64,000 nt of DNA, taken from assembly GCF_964355755.1 (NCBI RefSeq), contig NC_092673.1, positions 26,533,648 to 26,597,647 on the forward strand. Direction: 5' to 3'. Of the stretch, positions 52,545 to 63,887 are shown one piece after another; the stretch's first letter is position 1; the number at the start of each line of letters is the position of its first letter. The notes below the pieces were generated by a model, which saw nothing but the letters and a program-made list of their open reading frames with translations, did not search any database and had not been told where the DNA came from. Origin of the DNA: Antedon mediterranea. Its lineage: Eukaryota; Animalia; Echinodermata. A program made the position numbers and the translations under genes.

Positions 52545-55500
52545 GTAGGTTGGTTTTTACGTTTAAAATGAGAACCATATTTTTAATTATTGGCAAGTAC
52601 AAAAACAGCGTTTTGTATTTCTGTTCGGAGGCTAGTAGAGGAAATCTAACTTATTATGTAATAATATAATAATAATAATTATTATTATTATAACTTGTTT
52701 TCCTTCCTATTCTCTCCATATTCTTTAATAAAAAGATTAGACTTCCGTCATATTTGGCAAACTAATCACATCAACAAAACCTCGTGGTGTATTCTAAAAA
52801 CAATTCCTTCGCTTCGCTTTTATTGTATATGTTTTAATCCTGTACACTTATGTTTTTCAATAATATAAACATTTAATAAATAAGTTTTTAATTATCAAAT
52901 GAAGAAAATACCTAATTTAGAGATTAAATTGCGCTTTGTTTATAATCCACAACAATATTCAATGGGAAATTAAGTTAAAATCAAAGGATTTTAGAAGATT
53001 TACATTTACTGTAATATTGATTGTATTCTTTATCTTTACGTTTTAGAATGATGTAGATCCAGACGAGTTTGTCTTGGAGATCCGGAAGCTGTTTATAACT
53101 TTGGAACCAGTGACTATATTGCGTGGAGGCCTCAAAGGTATAGTAATAGATATGGACAGCCAGCAAGTCGATATGGTAAATAGTATATACATTTTTTTTC
53201 TGCTTTTAATTCTTAATTGTATTAAATTAAATTATTAAGGTACTTGTTTTGGTTCAATTACAATAAGCGAACATTTGATTCTTTAAAAGTTACAATAATA
53301 ATGTATGTTACTGAATTTGATTAAATTATGTAGTGCTTCTGAAATGTTTGTTAATTTGGTGTTTCTAGTTTTGGTGAATTTATGCGTAAGTCTAAGTTAC
53401 AAATTAATTATTAATCATTGTAATTATAGTTGTATAAATCAACAATTTGGGAAGGGCCTAATGTACTTTAACCTGCATTTGATACCAAATCACATCATAT
53501 CTTATCATTTATGGTATTGCGCATAAACGTAATATCAAAATGATATGACTAATAAATAATACATCATTGATAGGGGAGATGATGATGATGATTGTTAGCA
53601 TTTATGTTTAAATTTTATCTACTAACTTTAAATCTATTAATCCATTAAAATACATTTATATACTTTTTTCTTTTTTTAATGTATAATGTTCTTGTTTGTT
53701 CATCGGTTTGATAATTGTGGTATTGTAGTTTTATTTCTTTCATACGGCCTCGTTTTGTTGTGAACGAGCCTCCGTTTTAAAATAAAGATGTTATTATTAT
53801 TATTATTTTTATGATGACTGAGTAATTTTAACTAGTCAATATTTCTTGTTACTGAAAATTGCGAAATAAATTAACATTGATTGGTTAATGACCCATGTTC
53901 ATTTTCTAAAAGGTTCGGAAGCTAAACATGGTGAGGTATATTGAACACGATGCTGAGGAGTTTATGACCGAGTCACCACCTGTAACATGGGGTCTTGACC
54001 GGGTTGACCAGCGGTCTCAACCATTGGATGGTATTTACAATGTTTACGGTAAGAACGATATATAAACTCCGTATTATTACTATGTTTGAACATTAAGCGT
54101 GGTTCCCACTAGAACGCAACGTATCGACGCAAAGTGTTGTATTGCGTAATCACAAGTGGAAACAGACGACGCAATAGTGCTGCATCGTAGGTTTGATTTC
54201 ACGCAGGCGGGGCAAAAGCAACGATTGGAAGGGCATTTACTTACGTTGCGTAGATTGCGTCGATAGTGGGAACCAAGCATTAGAAAGAATTACCGTAGTT
54301 ACCATTACTACCATTTCTACTTTTTTAATGTTAGCCGAAAATTGCCGTCTATATAATAATAATAATAATAATGATAATAATAATAATAATAATTTATATA
54401 GCGCACATATCCACTAAAAGTGCTCAAGGCGGTAGTTCATATACATAAACTAAAGCTTGGTTCCACTAGCGACGCAACGTAACGCAACCTACGCAAATGC
54501 CCTTCCAATAATTGTGTTTTCCCCCGCCTGCGTGAAATCAAACCTGCTATGTTTGCAGCACTGTTGCGTCGTCGGTTCCCACTTGTGATTACGCAATACG
54601 GCACTTTGCGTCAATACGTCGCTGCGTTGCGTTCTAGTGAGAACCACGCTTTAGAGGAAGAAATGTTTCTAGTAATCTACCTGTATTATGTTTATGTATG
54701 TTATAGGCAACGGTACAGACATTCCAGTTTACGTCATAGATTCTGGTATTAATGTTGATCACGATGACTTTGGTGGACGTGCTGTCAATTGGTTTGATGC
54801 CACTGGTGAAGATGTGAGTAAGATAGTCACTTTGTTTTAGGAGAGACTGAACGTCTATTCCATTCGTCCGATGCAGTAGCAGGAGTGCCGTCAGCTCTTC
54901 AATGGGGGTCGGCAGATGTGTTGGGAGTGTTGCAGGATAAAGCTTGGTTCCCACTAGCGACGCAACGTAACGCAACCTACGCAAAGTAAGAAAATGCCCT
55001 TCCAATAATTGTGTTTGCCCCCGCCTGCGTGAAATCAAACGTGCGTATTTCCAGCATTTTTGCGTCGTCGGTTTCCAATTGCGATTACGCAATACATTAC
55101 TTTGTGTCAATACGTCGCTGCGTTGCGTTATAGTGGGAACCACGCTTTAAGCTCTTCAATGGTGGTCGGCAGATGTGTGGGAAGTATTAGAAGATTAGAG
55201 GGGAATCAAATGTGCTTATAGTCTGCATCACTAGTGAGCTTATCGTTTCGTTCAATATATTTTAACATGTTTAACTTCCAACATAAAAACAGGGTAAGGA
55301 CTGCAGTGGCCATGGAACACACTGTGCCGGTACTGTTGGTAGCGAGCATTACGGAGTTGCACCTGGTGTGATACTATTTAGCGCCAGAGTCTTCAACTGT
55401 GAGGGCAAGGGCTATAAGTCCATCACAATTAAAGGTAATTACAATAATACGAATACCTGCATATATAAAATTCACAATGTGCATAAATGAACAAGCGGCG

Positions 55501-57185
55501 CATTGTATCCGACTATCAAGCATCTACACGACATGATTTGTCCAGTATCAGACATATTTTTTTATACTTGTGTATCACATGTAACGAAACCGTAACCCAG
55601 CCTCTGAAACAGAATTCAATTGTATATATTTGTTGTGGCTAGCCATGAATGAAGTATTGATCAACGGTACTGCACCAGCAGTTGTCTCCATGTCTCTTGG
55701 AGGATCTCCCAACCAGGCACAAGACGAAATGGTAAAGATACTCTTCGAAGCCGGCTTTGTGGTAGTTGTTGCTGCTGGCAATAATGATGATGACGCTTGC
55801 TTGAAGTCTCCAGCAAGAGCATATGAAGTAAGGTTTTAATTAATCAGCAAGTCAAATGGCCGTACCTAGAGAGCCAACAATATCGGCATGGTTGTGGGAT
55901 TTAATAAATAAAGAATTAAATAAGGACTACAGGTTGAGGTTGACTCAATATGTTGAGTGTACACAGTTTACCCGTGTGCACTTTAAAGAACCTAGTTCAT
56001 CATTCGAGACGAGTAGGGGTTATCGTGGGTTTCACAAACAAACAGTTCACAAAATCAGGGAATAACCTCCTATGTGCCTCTCAATAAAAGTGTCTATTTC
56101 TAGTAGGGCTAAAATTTGAGTGGGTGTTGGTCACACCATGGACAAAAGAACACATGATCAGATATGAAGTGGTTAACAGACACATCTTACACAGAAATAC
56201 TGAATAATTTTCTTTTTCTTGGGCTTCTGTCTTCCATTGAAATTGTTCATCTTTTCTATCGTGAAACTTCAACTGCAGCTTACTGTACTGCAGTGTATGT
56301 CTGAAATATGGGTTGGTCCACTCAGCTGCAAATGAGCACCTGGCTGAAAAATACTAGAGAGGATAAGGTGGCTTGGAAGGAATTGGTCACCCTACCACAA
56401 AATGACATGGCTTAGCACCATGAGCTCCTAACAGCTCATTCCTGATAACAACAAATCCCATTCCACTCAGAGTTTGAAAAATCCGCATCTTCAGAACGCA
56501 TACAGCTCTTTAATTTCTTCTTATAGGCTATCACAGTAGGTGCCACGAACATTAACGACACCAGAGCCTACTTCTCTAACTATGGAATAGCTGTTGACAT
56601 GTTTGCACCTGGAAGATATATTGAATCTTTAGACTTTGAGACAAACAATGGAACATCAGTTAAATCGGGTACTTCAATGGCAACACCTCACGTGTCAGGT
56701 ATTTCCTTTTCACAATACTTTCTTTTCTCAATTCTTTTATTTAAACACTAGTGGTTCAACATCTTTATCTTATTCCCAAATGTTACAAATCAGACATAGA
56801 AAGGCTAAAAGTAGAATTGTAAAATGAACACGGAATTCCATGGGTAACAAATGTAAGCCCTAAAACAACTTTTTCGAATAATTAACCAAGCGAACTTCCC
56901 AATTCTGCACCTTCTGCACTGTACACCAATTTACTTTTTACAAGAGGTCCTCTTCTAATAAACTTTGCATTGTAATATATTAGTCTATCTAGTCATAGTC
57001 TAAACAATATGTAACTTATGTTAGTTATCTTTTTCTATATTTTAGGATTGGCTGCCATTTTGATAGGTAAAGGAACACTTCCAGAGGATGTCCCCGACGC
57101 CATCTATGACCTAACAACAAAAGAGATAGTCAAAGATGCTGGCGAATACTCCTATAATAGGTTTATGTACGTTCCTAACTCCTAA
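52269..57185 (+). CDS. Secreted S8A subtilase, proteinase K/PCSK9-like, with I9 propeptide; spliced model of ~428 aa
   Basis: Join 52269-52544, 53047-53175, 53913-54048, 54707-54813, 55293-55434, 55643-55827, 56527-56698, 57046-57185 = 1287 nt, open. Signal peptide [13 protein letters not shown], propeptide [14 protein letters not shown], mature WGLDRVDQR, catalytic VIDSG / HGTHCAG / GTSMATPHV, oxyanion AAGN. Confidence 0.93.
53047..53175 (+). CDS. Subtilase exon 2 (I9 propeptide)
   Basis: ttAG|AAT; [24 protein letters not shown]; donor GTAAAT. Confidence 0.82.
53913..54048 (+). CDS. Subtilase exon 3
   Basis: [28 protein letters not shown]; donor G|GTAAGA, phase 1. Confidence 0.9.
54096..54279 (+). 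mobile_element. MITE family A2 in subtilase intron 3
   Basis: TTA|AGCGTGGTTCCCACTAG...TAGTGGGAACCAAGCA|TTA. Confidence 0.8.
54454..54650 (-). mobile_element. MITE family A2 in subtilase intron 3, opposite orientation
   Basis: Same TIRs; the interior is the reverse complement of the 54096 copy (cccgcctgcgtgaaatcaaac vs gtttgatttcacgcaggcggg). Confidence 0.8.
54707..54813 (+). CDS. Subtilase exon 4 (catalytic Asp)
   Basis: atAG|GC; [19 protein letters not shown]; donor GTGAGT. Confidence 0.92.
54941..55146 (-). mobile_element. MITE family A2 in subtilase intron 4
   Basis: AGCTTGGTTCCCACTAG...TAGTGGGAACCACGCT; same orientation as the 54454 copy. Confidence 0.8.
55293..55434 (+). CDS. Subtilase exon 5 (catalytic His)
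   Basis: acAG|GGT; [23 protein letters not shown]; donor AG|GTAATT. Confidence 0.92.
55643..55827 (+). CDS. Subtilase exon 6 (oxyanion Asn)
   Basis: ctAG|CC; [24 protein letters not shown]; donor GTAAGG. Confidence 0.92.
55920..56030 (+). mobile_element. Possible SINE central-domain remnant (MetaSINE-like)
   Basis: gtgcactttaaagaacctagt..tcgagacgagtaggggtt resembles a recalled Meta-domain consensus. Recall only, not searched. Confidence 0.3.
56527..56698 (+). CDS. Subtilase exon 7 (catalytic Ser)
   Basis: atAG|GCT; [23 protein letters not shown]; donor AG|GTATTT. Confidence 0.93.
57046..57185 (+). CDS. Subtilase last exon
   Basis: ttAG|GA; [31 protein letters not shown]. Confidence 0.88.
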
Positions 57186-57220
57186 ATACAACGAATAGGC
57201 ATTATACTGTAACTTGTAAC

Positions 57221-57314
57221 GGCTCTGTCTACACTATCAAACTTTATGTGACTAAAAATATGATGTGCCTATATATCTTTTTTGTCAAACTAGTTTGATT
57301 GTGTAGACAGAGCT
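57221..57314. mobile_element. MITE family B just downstream of the subtilase stop codon
   Basis: ggctctgtctacactatcaaact...agtttgattgtgtagacagagct. Confidence 0.72.
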
Positions 57315-57972
57315 GAAACGTGAATAATGTTCATTTCATAGCAAAATAATATTATTTAAAATTATATAAATTTTCAAGTGTAATATTTAATTTATAACAA
57401 AAAATAATATTGTAATTTGAAAAAAAAAGATTTAAACTACCAGTATGTGTTTTAACTTTAATAATGATTGTATTCATGATAACAACATAAATCCATAATA
57501 TTCATTCAGCATTTTAATTTTATTTGAATAATTTTTATCATGACTATAAATAGTAATGATAAACAACTTCAGAAACGGTGGTGGTCTAGGTTTTCCAATT
57601 TAAATCTTCTATATAGCACTAACCCAAAATTTTTTCCATCTCCTCCTAAACTGCACAATTGATACTCCTGAAATTCTCTTGCATTGGTACATCACAATTA
57701 GGTCATTAGGAGGTCATCACTAGCAATATCAAATTCACTAACTAGATAGCACTTGTTCATTAAACAATAAGAGCCAGTAAAATCTAATAATTTATTATAT
57801 ATTTGGATGGCATTGTATGAGTGCGATATTCAATTGGTGTAATTATTTTTATGATATTTTGGAGTATTAAATCATAAAAAAAAGGAAACAACACTCACTT
57901 TGTTTCCAAACTTTATTGGATTTAAAGAAAGATTGCGATCAACATAACGGGTCATCACAAACTCAATGGTCA

Positions 57973-58182
57973 TCAGCTGGTCTTAGGAAGCCTGTATATC
58001 CCACCAGCGTAAATTAACTGCTGATCTCGAACCTTGCGGTCAAGGAATACTCTTAGTTCCTGTTCGCTGCATTCCGATGATGCAGGTCCTTGCATTGCAA
58101 ACATCTTCAACATTGAGTGGATCCTTTCTAAGGGTAAACTTTCTAAGTTGGTTAACATTCCCACTATGTAAGACCAGAACAT
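57973..58182 (-). CDS. ANAPC2: ANAPC2 last exon
   Basis: FWSYIVGMLTNLESLPLERIHSMLKMF; stop TGA; minus-strand AATAAA at 57912-57917. Confidence 0.95.
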   Translation of the reverse strand: MFWSYIVGMLTNLESLPLERIHSMLKMFAMQGPASSECSEQELRVFLDRKVRDQQLIYAGGIYRLPKTS

Positions 58183-61100
58183 CTGAAATAAATAAACGAT
58201 ACAAATAATGTATTTATTTTAAAAAAATCATCAAAAAGTAAATTAGTACAGTAGAATAAAATATCCACAAAAGGAGGATTTAAAGTGCACACGAGTCATT
58301 ATTTTCACATGTAGAGTTCATGAAATTGAATCAACATTTTTCCAAGACCAAAATTCAAGTGCAAAAAGAGTCTTTATACATTGCTGTATATCAATGCTTT
58401 TATGCTGTAAGAAAACAGCTACCAGTGGCACTGTTACAGAAAATGTGAAAGCACATCTGCAAATGTATTCACTCTTAAGCTCTGTCTACACTATCATACT
58501 AGTTTGACAAAATATGTGTTCAAATTTGGTAGTGATATGCTTAAATATGGCAATGAAATATGGCCCATCATAATGTCCATATATGGGCACATCACATTTT
58601 TTTTGTCACATAAAGTTTGATAGACAGAGCTTGTGTGCTTAAAGAAACAAAGCAACACGTACCTGCAGCTCTTCCTCTTTCTGGTCTTGAGCGGATGCCA
58701 TTGCTGATTCAATCTCTTCATCACTGTCAATCATCAAAACATCCTCTCCACCTTGTTGGCCTTGTTGTTCTTCCACAAGTACAAACGTGTCTTCCTGGTC
58801 TTCCTTCAAGACTCCTTGGCTTTGCCAGAATGCTATCTTGCGTCTCAGAGCTGTGCTTGGCACTTGCATTAGACTACTCAGCTCTTCAATTGTCCATTTG
58901 GCTACAGAAGAAATGTCAACAGTGTGTGAGAAAGAGGGCTTACACAATCTTGTAGGCAAGAGAAGAATAATATCAATAATAAAGAAATAACATATATTGT
59001 TCCTTATTCATTTTACAGAAGGAGAGGTTCTACTTAACATAAAATAACACTAAATATTACTTTGTGTAACTGAACAAATACAAAAATACACTCTCTCTCT
59101 CTCTCTCTGTCACCTCAATTATTAGATAAATGAATCTTGAACCAATATTCACAATTGCATTTTTAATTCTGAACTCTTACTTTAATTCTAAATCTTACCT
59201 TTATTTTGAAAGTGAATTATAATAGTAGCGTGAATCGGAGAAACAGAAAATGACAGTTTTCTATTCTTCAATTCAATATCTAAATTCACCAAACCGATGT
59301 TTGTTTTCCAGTTCAGCGTACGTGATCCTTTAAGCGTTTCAAAACTAGTCCGATAAGCGTTCATTGATTTTTGGATGGCTTCTGGTAACTCCAATTTTTC
59401 TTCTTTAAGATTTGGCCAAAATTGAGCAGACAAAATCAAAGAATTAAAATCCACTTCCTAGTTAAAAAAAATACCAGTATGCAATTAATTAAATACATAT
59501 AGAATAAAACTTTTATTGTAAAATCATTAACATTTTCATTTTAGGCATATTGTCAGAGATTCACGGTCATCAACGATGGCAAGATTGTCCACAAGACAAA
59601 TGTAAATCATACAATACAAATGCACTGTTTTAATACATTTGTGTCTTAAATTTCAGATTAAAATGACTATTTAATGTAAACCAAATTTAAACTGTTATGG
59701 AGGTGCTAAGACAAAGACATCTTATTTATAAAGATTTTTATTAGATTTAAAAAAAATGTAAAATATTCACTAAATACTGTACCTCTTCCTTTTTTGTCTT
59801 CTCCTTACTTTCTTCTTTCTCTTCCTGTTCTAGTTGTTTCTCTTTTATATTAGCGTTTATTCTCTTAGAGTCCGCCACGTCCTTCAACATTACTTCACAG
59901 AAGTGGAGTTGAGACTCGCCAAAACGCAACTTCAACAGTTCAAGATAACGCAGCTCTCTGGCGGTGTCAAAGTTAAATGAGGTCAGAATGCGATCTGCTA
60001 ACAATGTACGATATTCACTAACAAATAACTCTCTGCTTCCATATATGTTAACCAATGTGCTGATGATATCCGATGACCTTCGACTTTTAGAAGTGTTACC
60101 TTCAAAATAAAAGGAATTTGATGCTATTATGTGTGATCTTTTTTTTACTTGAAAATAACTTTTTATTACAGTTTTTTATATATGATTATGAAAAACAAAT
60201 GATCATAAAATGACACCTGGTGATCATAAACTGACATCTGTTGATTGTAACCTGGCGATCATAAAAAGACACCTGACAATCATAAAAAAACATCTGGTGA
60301 TCATATAAAGACACCTAGTGATCATAAAAAGACACCTGGTGATCATATAGACACCTGGTGATCATAAAAAGACACCTGGCAATCATAATAAGACACCTGG
60401 CAATCATAAAAAGACACCTGGCGATCATAAAAAGACACCTGGCGATCATAAAAAGACACCTGGCGATCATAAAAAGACACCTGGCAATCATAAAAAGACA
60501 CCTGGCGATCATAAAAAGACACCTGGCGATCATAAAAAGACACCTGGCAATCATAAAAAGGCACCTGATGCTCATAAAAAGACACCTGGTAGTCATAAAA
60601 AGATTTGGTTTGGTTTTGGAAGTTGACTATATATTCATAGTATAACTACTACTAATTCCACATGGAATTGTGGATCTAGCCAGCGGATTTTACATACTTA
60701 CCTGGATCAGCATCAATTGGATCTGGTTGCCAGTTACTGGGGTCCTCTTCTTCCTCCTCACTCATGTAACTCTCATCCATTTGAAGTGGTTCTGCTTTAA
60801 TGAGTTCTTCAGCTAAGTCACTGCTACTGTCATCTGTTAAGCTTGAAACGATGCAACGCACAGTATCCTCACGACTCCTGTACTTACACAAAAATAAATC
60901 ATGTTTTATTCTGGGAAACTTCCGTTAAGATATTTAATCTCACAACATTTAGATTTTCAAGTAATCCATGTAAGAAGTCATCATAAAATACACAAATAGA
61001 TTATATCAAATTAACAGTTAATTGTTTTAATTCACAATCAAAATAAAACACAAATATTATTTAGTTTACCTTAAATATTTTCTAACAGGCTCACATACAA

Positions 61101-63855
61101 TTTCTAACATGACGCCCGATTGGTCAAGAACTTTCAATGACCGTATTGAAGAGATGTATTGAGTTAGTATATCAGCTGTGTTTACACCTATAGCAAAATA
61201 AACATGTTATTACTTTAAATACAGTATATGAATGTGTAGAGTCCAATGGGGCCTGGTTACAAAATTTAGCATAAAACTTAGTGGGGTAGGATTAAATCAA
61301 TCAAAGGGATGGGATTATACTCGAACATGAGATTATATTGGCCATATACATTACTACATCAAGTGGAAATCTAAAATTTGGGTACCTGGATGCAGAAGTC
61401 GTCTTTCAAAGTCATTACGCAATGACCTAATCAAGTGTGAACGCAAGTCTGTTTTCTTAAGACACATTTTCAAGTCTTCCAGCGCTTTCATAGACTCAGG
61501 AAACTCGACGATGATGTTAAATAGTTCTTGAATGCGTAGTTTTGCGAATGTCTGATACAGGAAGTATTGTAAACGGTCCTTCCACTTGGCGATTGTTTCC
61601 GCAGCATCTGAGGTGGTTGTTGAATTGCCTTGGCAAATATTTGTCAACCATGCAACAACTTTATCATTTAACCACTGGAAATAATAATATAATATTTTTG
61701 TATTCATGAAAAAGCAGCAATATATCAACACAATACTATTATGCATTCAGTAACTGAAAACTAGGCGATAATAATAGTATTATCTAATTTTCAATTTTAA
61801 TCAGCTTTTACAGCGCTAATTTTATTACTTAACTCATTTGTTTAATTATCTTTAATGTTTTATGTATGTACCTGTTTTTATGAGTTCTGTATTTAAAGTA
61901 TTTTAATGTGTCAATGCCAAAGAAAACCAAATTTCCAAAAATTATTGGACGAATAAATATCTACAGTATCTAATTAGCAAATTCATAATGACCTTTAGGT
62001 GACCTGATTGTTAAATTGGTCTAAAAAATATATTTTTTAAAGGTTCCCAATCATTTGGTCATGCCATTTAAGAGAAGATAGTATCTATGCGTAAACAAAT
62101 TTTGGATTAGTCTTATTATGTACAGTAGATGGTTTCTTTGATAACTAAAATTAATTGTGTCATATCACAACTGTATTTGGTCATATCCCTACCATATTTG
62201 GGCACATCACACTTCTTTCTCAAACTATTTTGATAGTGTAGACAGGGCTTTACAGTACTTACCTCTTCTAAATTGTCCAGAAAACTAACTTCAAACTCAC
62301 CGTGGCATGAGTTTTTAACATGCTGCTGTATTCTTGTGTGGATAATACCAGTAATAGCCTCTCCACACAAATGCTCTAGCAAACCAAGGGAAAACCTGTA
62401 AAATAATTCACATAAAATCATAAATATTTTGTATTGGCTCATATATAATCCAACCCTACAACACATTGTAGTGTTTTTGGTTTAAAATATATTTTCTTCT
62501 GAACATATACAGTAGTAGCTTATTAGCTCATTATCACCATTTTTTTCCTGTTTTTTCCCTTCTTACTGTCTTCTTTTTCACACTATTGCCTAGAGGGATG
62601 TTTATTTTCGGTTTGAGGGTCGGAGGCCCGATCTTCTTGATACCGTACCTTTAGCAGCCAGAGCAAAAGTATTCCTAGCAATTGATTAATTACAGTACTT
62701 AGAGAATAAACGAGGACATATTGATTGAAATAGAGGAGAGGCAAATAATGAAAAGGATAGTGGAGCAGCAAAAGCAATAGATTAGACATAGAATTAGGAA
62801 AGGAGGACTTTTGGCAGATGACAAGGTGGTAGACAAGGTAGGTAGACTTACAGTTGTGAATTTACTTGGTAAAAAGATTTAAGTATTTCTTGACATGTAC
62901 AGCAATCTGTATTAGTACAACCATTAGACTGAGGGTCTTTCTCACGTTCAGTCTCGTCTTCCATTCCATCATCGTCGGAAATCTCGAAAGCTTTGAAAGC
63001 CTTTGAGTAAAACTGCCAAACAATATTCTTTCGAAACTTTTGCGGCATGTGGTAAAACTGCGTTGCTTTGATTAGTACAATGAAACGTTCTTTTATTGTG
63101 AATAGTTTATGTTTTTGGGAGGCATCATCACAAGATATCTTATTAACAGCTTGCCTCAATTGGACGTAAGGTTGTAAGGAAGAATGCAAGTTGTCAACAC
63201 CAAGTACAAATGCATGGTTTGTGCAAGTGATGTTTTTCTGATCAGGGCAAAAATAACTCCAGAAATTTGGGGAAAACTTGTTTTGGAGATCCTGGCGTAG
63301 TTTCTCCAAAAGCCATTCTTCAATGAGGATGCCAAATCCTTGCTGATAGAGAGCGGACACAGATTCTAGCAGACAACCTGAATCTACCTACATTGTACAA
63401 AAAAACATTAGAAGAAGAGAAACAATCAATTTTCTAATATTTTTTATTTATTTATTCATTTATTCATTTTTATTTATTTATTTATTTTAATAGTCTAGGC
63501 CTATCTAGGCTACACTTCTCTTCTTGCTACTAAATTTTAGTAATACTAATTAATTAATAATAGGGCGGCAGAAAAAAAGCCCGGTGGTACGGTTTAGTAC
63601 TTCTAGTAGTAGGGCTTGCTAGGCTTACTCTATCTACTAACTAGCTAGGACACAGCAGGTGTACGATCCCATCCCGATCTACTACTATCTAACTTAACTA
63701 GGCCTAGCTACTAGCCAACAGCAGCCGGCCTTGGCCCCTCTATCCTGCCTGGCCTGGGCCTAGAGTACTAGTAACTACCTACTAACCTTTTCTTGTTTCT
63801 TAGATATAGAATGTTCTAATACATCCCACGATGTATTTACAATGTCATAATTCAT
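57973..63855 (-). CDS. ANAPC2: Anaphase-promoting complex subunit 2 (cullin-homology domain + C-terminal winged helix), spliced model of ~781 aa
   Basis: Minus-strand join 63855-63787, 63387-62852, 62395-62263, 61674-61386, 61187-61070, 60877-60702, 60099-59783, 59457-59199, 58901-58663, 58182-57973 = 2346 nt, open. Motifs LRIQELFNIIVEFPES, RLLHPGVNTADILTQYIS, WQPDPIDADP, LVNIYGSRELFVSEYR, ELLKLRFGE, ILSAQFWP, FWSYIVGMLTNL. Confidence 0.96.
58478..58631. mobile_element. MITE family B (TIR AGCTCTGTCTACACTATCAAAC) in an ANAPC2 intron
   Basis: agctctgtctacactatca...tgatagacagagct; related copies at 34921-35060, 38915-39030, 41138-41258, 57221-57314, 62160-62249, often bordered by TTA/TAA. Confidence 0.75.
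58663..58901 (-). CDS. ANAPC2: ANAPC2 exon 9
   Basis: WTIEELS..LRRKIAFWQSQGVL..ESAMAS. Confidence 0.93.
59199..59457 (-). CDS. ANAPC2: ANAPC2 exon 8
   Basis: ILSAQFWP..RTLNWKTNIGLV..VSPIHATII. Confidence 0.94.
59783..60099 (-). CDS. ANAPC2: ANAPC2 exon 7
   Basis: SRRSSDIISTLVNIYGS..CEVMLKDVADSKRIN. Confidence 0.94.
60200..60601. repeat. 21-bp minisatellite in ANAPC2 intron 6
   Basis: (gatcataaaaagacacctggc)n, about 19 copies. Confidence 0.93.
60702..60877 (-). CDS. ANAPC2: ANAPC2 exon 6
   Basis: SREDTVRCIVSSLT..WQPDPIDADP; donor GTAAGT. Confidence 0.93.
61070..61187 (-). CDS. ANAPC2: ANAPC2 exon 5
   Basis: GVNTADILTQYISSIRSLKVLDQSGVMLEIVCEPVRKYLR; not in the ORF track. Confidence 0.93.
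61386..61674 (-). CDS. ANAPC2: ANAPC2 exon 4
   Basis: WLNDKVVAWL..RLLHP; cAG acceptor, GTACCC donor. Confidence 0.93.
62263..62395 (-). CDS. ANAPC2: ANAPC2 exon 3
   Basis: LGLLEHLCGEAIT..CHGEFEVSFL; donor GTAAGT. Confidence 0.9.
62852..63387 (-). CDS. ANAPC2: ANAPC2 exon 2
   Basis: tAG|GTA; GILIEEWLLEKL..PNFWSYF; donor GTAAGT, phase 2. Confidence 0.88.
63787..63855 (-). CDS. ANAPC2: ANAPC2 exon 1
   Basis: ATG at 63855; MNYDIVNTSWDVLEHSISKKQEK; donor AG|GTTAGT, phase 0. Confidence 0.7.
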
Positions 63856-63876
63856 TTTTTAATTCTTAAGAAACCA

Positions 63877-63887
63877 CCCGCGCCAAA
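63877..63887 (-). promoter_or_regulatory. Candidate E2F site just upstream of the ANAPC2 start
   Basis: Minus strand reads TTTGGCGCGGG (TTTSSCGC consensus), about 22 nt 5' of the ATG. Motif match only. Confidence 0.4.

Noticed and set aside
54634-55143. 169-aa minus-strand ORF
   Set aside because: Antisense to subtilase exon 4 and runs through a MITE; no recognisable motif.
52269-57185. Recent horizontal transfer or contamination from a bacterial aqualysin or fungal proteinase K
   Set aside because: Seven spliceosomal introns, six at PCSK9-equivalent positions as recalled, host MITEs in the introns and linkage to ANAPC2.
60315-60645. Repetitive ORFs (ARCLFMI / RQVSFYD / AIIKRHL)n
   Set aside because: Translations of a 21-bp intronic minisatellite in ANAPC2.
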